A stretch of 62,924 nucleotides of DNA, filler included, from Hausera hauseri (lineage: Eukaryota): NCBI GenBank assembly GCA_046269625.1. It is 11 parts of 11 records of this genome, joined end to end, with 100 filler letters (N's around TTAATTAATTAA, not from the genome) between each part and the next. Parts side by side here need not be neighbours in the genome. Positions count along the whole stretch, not along the records: positions 58,963 to 62,924 come from JBJURY010854966.1; 10 more parts are not named here. One strand, 5' to 3'. The position numbers and the translations under genes were made by a program. The notes under the pieces are model-generated. The model was not told where the DNA came from. It did not search any database and saw nothing but the letters and a program-made list of their open reading frames with translations. Positions 61,324 through 62,924 of this stretch are shown piece by piece (position 1 is the first letter of the stretch; each line of letters starts with the position of its first letter).

Positions 61324-62924
61324 ATGTTTGTCCCAGAAGTCCTGATACGGACAAGTTGGACAACTTTAAATTTTGAAATAACTGATGGAAAATTTCGCAA
61401 AAATTGTATTCAAATTGGTGCAGAGAGCGTAAGAGACTACGCATATAAAATCTCTCTTGGAAAATTGCTGGAAAACAAGAGAAAAAGACCTCAGAAACAA
61501 AGACAGTCAAAAATGTCCAAAACGTCAGATTTACATCAACAAAAATTACATTATCTTTATCCAGCTGATACCATTCAGAAGAGTAATGAATTATTACTTG
61601 TTCCTAGCATTCTGCTATTTGTTAAATTGAAAGACGAATTTATCCAACTTATCCGCGTTATATTTGGTCAGCAAATTGTTGTAGTATCAGTATGGAATAA
61701 TTGTCATCATTTACATCGGCTTGATATTGGTGAAAGGATTTCCGAGAGGGTTCGAGAATATTTCGGAAAGGTATGGTTAATTCCAGAAAGTTTGGAATTA
61801 GAGTGCGCTGATATCGGAAACCTACAAAAGGACGTTGGATGGAGCCGCACAAGTAAATGGAATGTTTTTGATTTAATTATCAAATGGACTAAACTTAATT
61901 TGTCTATTAGACGATCTTCCATTTTCAAAATAATACTCCACTTTCGACTTAATTCATTATTGGAGGAAGACGTCGAGCTACAATTGTGTTGGTCAACAGA
62001 AAAGTTCGAGAAGATGATTAGCGGAGACGAACCTCCATTCTCAGGGAGGGAACGCTCATACAATGAAAAATATTTGAACGATTCACGAACGTTGGAGAAA
62101 TTTAAGTGTTGGGTAAATAGTACCATTGTTAGTTGTTCTCTTCTTTTTGGTTTGATGGACTCTGTCAGGGGTCGTATAGAATGCATGAGTGATTGTATGA
62201 TTGGTAAAATATGTGAGACTGTTATGAGATACAGATTTAAAGGTGGAGAAAGTCCCCCGGAGATGAGCACTCCGTTAAAAAGGGCTAAGAATGAATGTGA
62301 AATTAATGTAAATGTATTTTTATATCGTTATATATTGTCTAAGGGGGGTTTGGGATATAAAGGGGGTTATAAATTTGAACCTAGAGAATTTGAATCAAAG
62401 TGTCAGTTGAGGATTATGGAACTCAATAGTAAAAAATTGAGCATAGAAAACGCTGGATTGTGCAAGAAGGAGGGGGTGGATGACCCGCGATATAGTGGAA
62501 AGAGTAGGAATACTTGCTGGGGAATTGGGTGTAACTGGAAAGATAAAACATTATTAGGGTTAGGAGATCGGAAACAGGTCAAAGAGGGAACGAGACATAG
62601 GAAATCTACGTTGAGGTCGAGAGCATTATGGACACGACGAAAGAAAGGATTAATAAATTTTTATAAGATAATAAATGAAAGCAGAGGGGTACATAGGTTG
62701 CGTCCCAGGGAGATTGGGTCCAGTAGAAAACGACAGAAAAAGGGAAGTGAAGTGAAAACCAGAGTGCCCAGTAATTTACCACTTAAAAGTTGTATAAATT
62801 CAACAAATGGTAGCAGAGCGTGGTTGCTGCTCTGCACCCTGATCTGCAGGCAGCGGCCGCGGCTCTTTGTCTTGTCGAGGATTCCTTCCGTCCTCCTTGT
62901 GTTCGGCTCTTCCTCTGTAAATGG
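61324..62924 (+). CDS. Open-ended ORF (>530 codons, absent from ORF track) with divergent BTB-end/BACK region and a short Gag-like motif
   Basis: Manual translation shows no stop from 61291 to the window end. VFDLIIKWTKLNLSIRRSSIFKIILHFRLNSL resembles the BACK consensus; QIGAESVRDYA resembles the Gag QxxxESVxDY motif. Confidence 0.5.
   Translation, partial: MFVPEVLIRTSWTTLNFEITDGKFRKNCIQIGAESVRDYAYKISLGKLLENKRKRPQKQRQSKMSKTSDLHQQKLHYLYPADTIQKSNELLLVPSILLFVKLKDEFIQLIRVIFGQQIVVVSVWNNCHHLHRLDIGERISERVREYFGKVWLIPESLELECADIGNLQKDVGWSRTSKWNVFDLIIKWTKLNLSIRRSSIFKIILHFRLNSLLEEDVELQLCWSTEKFEKMISGDEPPFSGRERSYNEKYLNDSRTLEKFKCWVNSTIVSCSLLFGLMDSVRGRIECMSDCMIGKICETVMRYRFKGGESPPEMSTPLKRAKNECEINVNVFLYRYILSKGGLGYKGGYKFEPREFESKCQLRIMELNSKKLSIENAGLCKKEGVDDPRYSGKSRNTCWGIGCNWKDKTLLGLGDRKQVKEGTRHRKSTLRSRALWTRRKKGLINFYKIINESRGVHRLRPREIGSSRKRQKKGSEVKTRVPSNLPLKSCINSTNGSRAWLLLCTLICRQRPRLFVLSRIPSVLLVFGSSSVN

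Overview
This window is not one locus. It is 11 unrelated eukaryotic (animal) contigs of about 4-10 kb, joined by 100-nt N linkers containing TTAATTAATTAA: c1 1-6861, c2 6962-12220, c3 12321-17640, c4 17741-22349, c5 22450-26466, c6 26567-33078, c7 33179-38062, c8 38163-44630, c9 44731-49086, c10 49187-58862, c11 58963-62924. It contains an I-group LINE (APE-RT-RNaseH), two decayed Polinton/adintovirus protein-primed DNA polymerases, a Polinton capsid plus adenain protease remnant, a nearly intact BEL/Pao LTR retrotransposon, two unusual Ty3/Gypsy elements, repeats, and host-gene retrocopies. Highlights: (1) Two contigs carry a 44-nt flatworm (planarian-type) spliced-leader sequence, GCCGTTAGACGGTCTT...TATAATTGCATG, embedded in DNA directly ahead of intronless, mutated host CDSs, i.e. 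retrocopies of trans-spliced mRNAs. One is a three-part centlein/CCDC157/centlein chimera; the other is a PMCA pseudogene. (2) One Gypsy element has a large decayed polyprotein that places a ubiquitin-like domain and a chuvirus/herpes-gB-like glycoprotein upstream of, and in frame with, PR-RT-RH-IN, with a second membrane protein after IN. (3) The second Gypsy has two extra aspartic-protease domains and repeated membrane segments after IN. (4) The BEL/Pao Gag has CCCH zinc fingers. All family assignments come from motif recognition by eye; no database searches were run.
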